Below are positions 45,747 to 46,852 of a stretch of DNA of 46,852 nt, piece by piece; position 1 is the stretch's first letter, and every line of letters starts with the position of its first letter. Source of the DNA: Rectinemataceae bacterium (GTDB lineage: Bacteria; Spirochaetota; Spirochaetia; Treponematales; Rectinemataceae); contig JBMOIK010000001.1 in NCBI GenBank assembly GCA_049317365.1, forward strand, positions 1-46,852, in the 5' to 3' direction. Made by a program: the position numbers and the translations under genes. A model generated the notes under the pieces. That model had not been told where the DNA came from and ran no database searches. It saw only the letters and a program-made list of their open reading frames with translations.

Positions 45747-46759
45747 GGGAGGCGGCCATGGACGAGCTCCTCAGGATCGAGGGACTAAGTACTTCATTTT
45801 TCACCCGGGGCGGCGAGGTACGGGCGGTGGACGGCATCTCGCTGTCGGTCAAAAAGGGCGAGATCCTCGGCATCGTGGGCGAGAGCGGCAGCGGCAAGAG
45901 CGTCTGCATGATGTCCGTGATGCGTCTGATACCCGAGCCGCCCGGTCGCATCACCGCCGGGAAAATACTGTTCGGCGGACAGGACCTTTTGGCGCTCGGC
46001 GAAGATGAAATGGAGCGGATCAGGGGGGCGAGGATCGCCATGATCTTCCAGGATCCCATGACGAGCCTCAACCCTACGCTCACCGTGGGCTTTCAGATCA
46101 TGGAAGCGCTGAAGTGGCACTTGGGTCTTTCCGGCGCAGAGGCTCGGAAGCGCGCGACAGAACTCCTTGCCATGGTGAATATTCCAGATCCCGCCGAACG
46201 CCTCGCCGAATATCCGCACAGATTCTCGGGGGGCATGCGGCAGCGGGTGATGATAGCCCTGGCACTGGCCTGCGACCCCGAGCTCCTCATAGCCGACGAG
46301 CCGACCACGGCCCTCGACGTGACCATACAGGCCCAGATCATCGAACTGGTACAGAAGCTCCAGCGCGAACGGGGCATGGGGGTCATCTGGATCACCCACG
46401 ACCTTGGCGTCGTCGCGCGGCTCGCCGACCGCGTGATGGTCACCTATGCCGGATCGATGGTCGAATCGGCTGCAGCCCTCGAGCTTTTCGAGCGCCCGGG
46501 ACATCCCTATACCTTCGGGCTTCTATCTTCTCTCCCCTCCCACGGGGGCGATAAAAAGACAGCATTGCTGGCAATACCCGGCCAGCCTCCCAACCTTGTC
46601 GAGCGGAGTCCCGGCTGCCCATTCGCCCCCCGCTGTTCGTTCGCGCGTCAGCGCTGCATGGTCGAACGGCCTCCGTTCGGGGAAATCGCGGAATGCCACA
46701 GCCTGGCCTGCTGGGAGTACCAGGCTGTCCGGGACTCGTGGAAGGGGCAAGGATCATGA
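45743..46759 (+). CDS. ABC transporter ATP-binding protein (DppD/OppD-like)
   Basis: Walker A GESGSGKS, signature FSGGMRQR, Walker B LLIADEPTTALD, and a C-terminal oligopeptide-type extension with Cys residues. ATGA overlap with the permease stop (alternative ATG at 45758). Confidence 0.9.
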   Translation: MREAAMDELLRIEGLSTSFFTRGGEVRAVDGISLSVKKGEILGIVGESGSGKSVCMMSVMRLIPEPPGRITAGKILFGGQDLLALGEDEMERIRGARIAMIFQDPMTSLNPTLTVGFQIMEALKWHLGLSGAEARKRATELLAMVNIPDPAERLAEYPHRFSGGMRQRVMIALALACDPELLIADEPTTALDVTIQAQIIELVQKLQRERGMGVIWITHDLGVVARLADRVMVTYAGSMVESAAALELFERPGHPYTFGLLSSLPSHGGDKKTALLAIPGQPPNLVERSPGCPFAPRCSFARQRCMVERPPFGEIAECHSLACWEYQAVRDSWKGQGS

Positions 46760-46800
46760 GCACTACGACGATCCTGGAAGTGGAAGGACTCAGGAAATAT
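46756..46800 (+). pseudogene. first ~15 codons of a second ABC ATPase (DppF/OppF-like), interrupted
   Basis: MSTTTILEVEGLRKY (ATGA overlap with the upstream stop). From 46801 the sequence turns AT-rich and reaches a stop at 46838-46840. Confidence 0.5.
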
Positions 46801-46852
46801 GGCTCTTCGCTATTTTGTATGGGTGGTGTATAATACCTAGCTATGAAAGATT

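Overview
GC-rich (roughly 60% by eye) bacterial chromosomal window, coded almost entirely on the + strand. I saw no rRNA, no CRISPR array, and no intact integrase or transposase. The content is dominated by amide-bond hydrolases and amino-acid/acyl-CoA metabolism, in four co-directional arrays. (1) 4303-23110 is a tightly packed 13-gene array: amidohydrolase, M28 peptidase, M29 aminopeptidase, LarA-like racemase, IlvD-type dehydratase, HemL-like class III aminotransferase, C45 Ntn hydrolase, signal-peptide outer-membrane-type protein, D-aminoacylase-like amidohydrolase, S33 alpha/beta hydrolase, creatininase-family amidase, pyruvate:ferredoxin oxidoreductase, and an acetolactate-synthase-like ThDP enzyme. 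(2) 23133-35281 is a MalT/LuxR-type STAND regulator (- strand) divergent from MFS transporter, thiolase, FadB-type fusion, transaldolase, a second HemL-like aminotransferase, a BKACE (DUF849) beta-keto-acid cleavage enzyme and a Hyi-like TIM-barrel isomerase. (3) 36280-42704 is a diverged, deletion-bearing paralogous copy of part of array 1 (about 65-77% amino-acid identity by eye), including a C45 gene fragment and a D-aminoacylase with a 57-codon in-frame deletion, plus a third M28 paralog. (4) 43939 to the window end is a Dpp/Opp-type ABC importer (two permeases, one ATPase, and a second ATPase cut off after about 15 codons where the composition changes abruptly). Decayed material lies between and beside the arrays: a tRNA-like remnant, a vWA pseudogene, a DUF4143-type AAA ATPase, an Rpn/YhgA-like fragment, and a hipB plus degraded hipA module. 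The non-genic signals most worth follow-up are a ~35-nt motif found 75-110 nt upstream of three operon starts, and a 4 x 15-bp tandem array of small palindromes between two genes of the BKACE operon. The best candidate for an undescribed system is functional: a peptide / N-acyl- or D-/beta-amino-acid catabolic island linking many hydrolases to HemL-like aminotransferases, BKACE, thiolase/FadB and PFOR. That is inference from gene content, not a demonstrated pathway.
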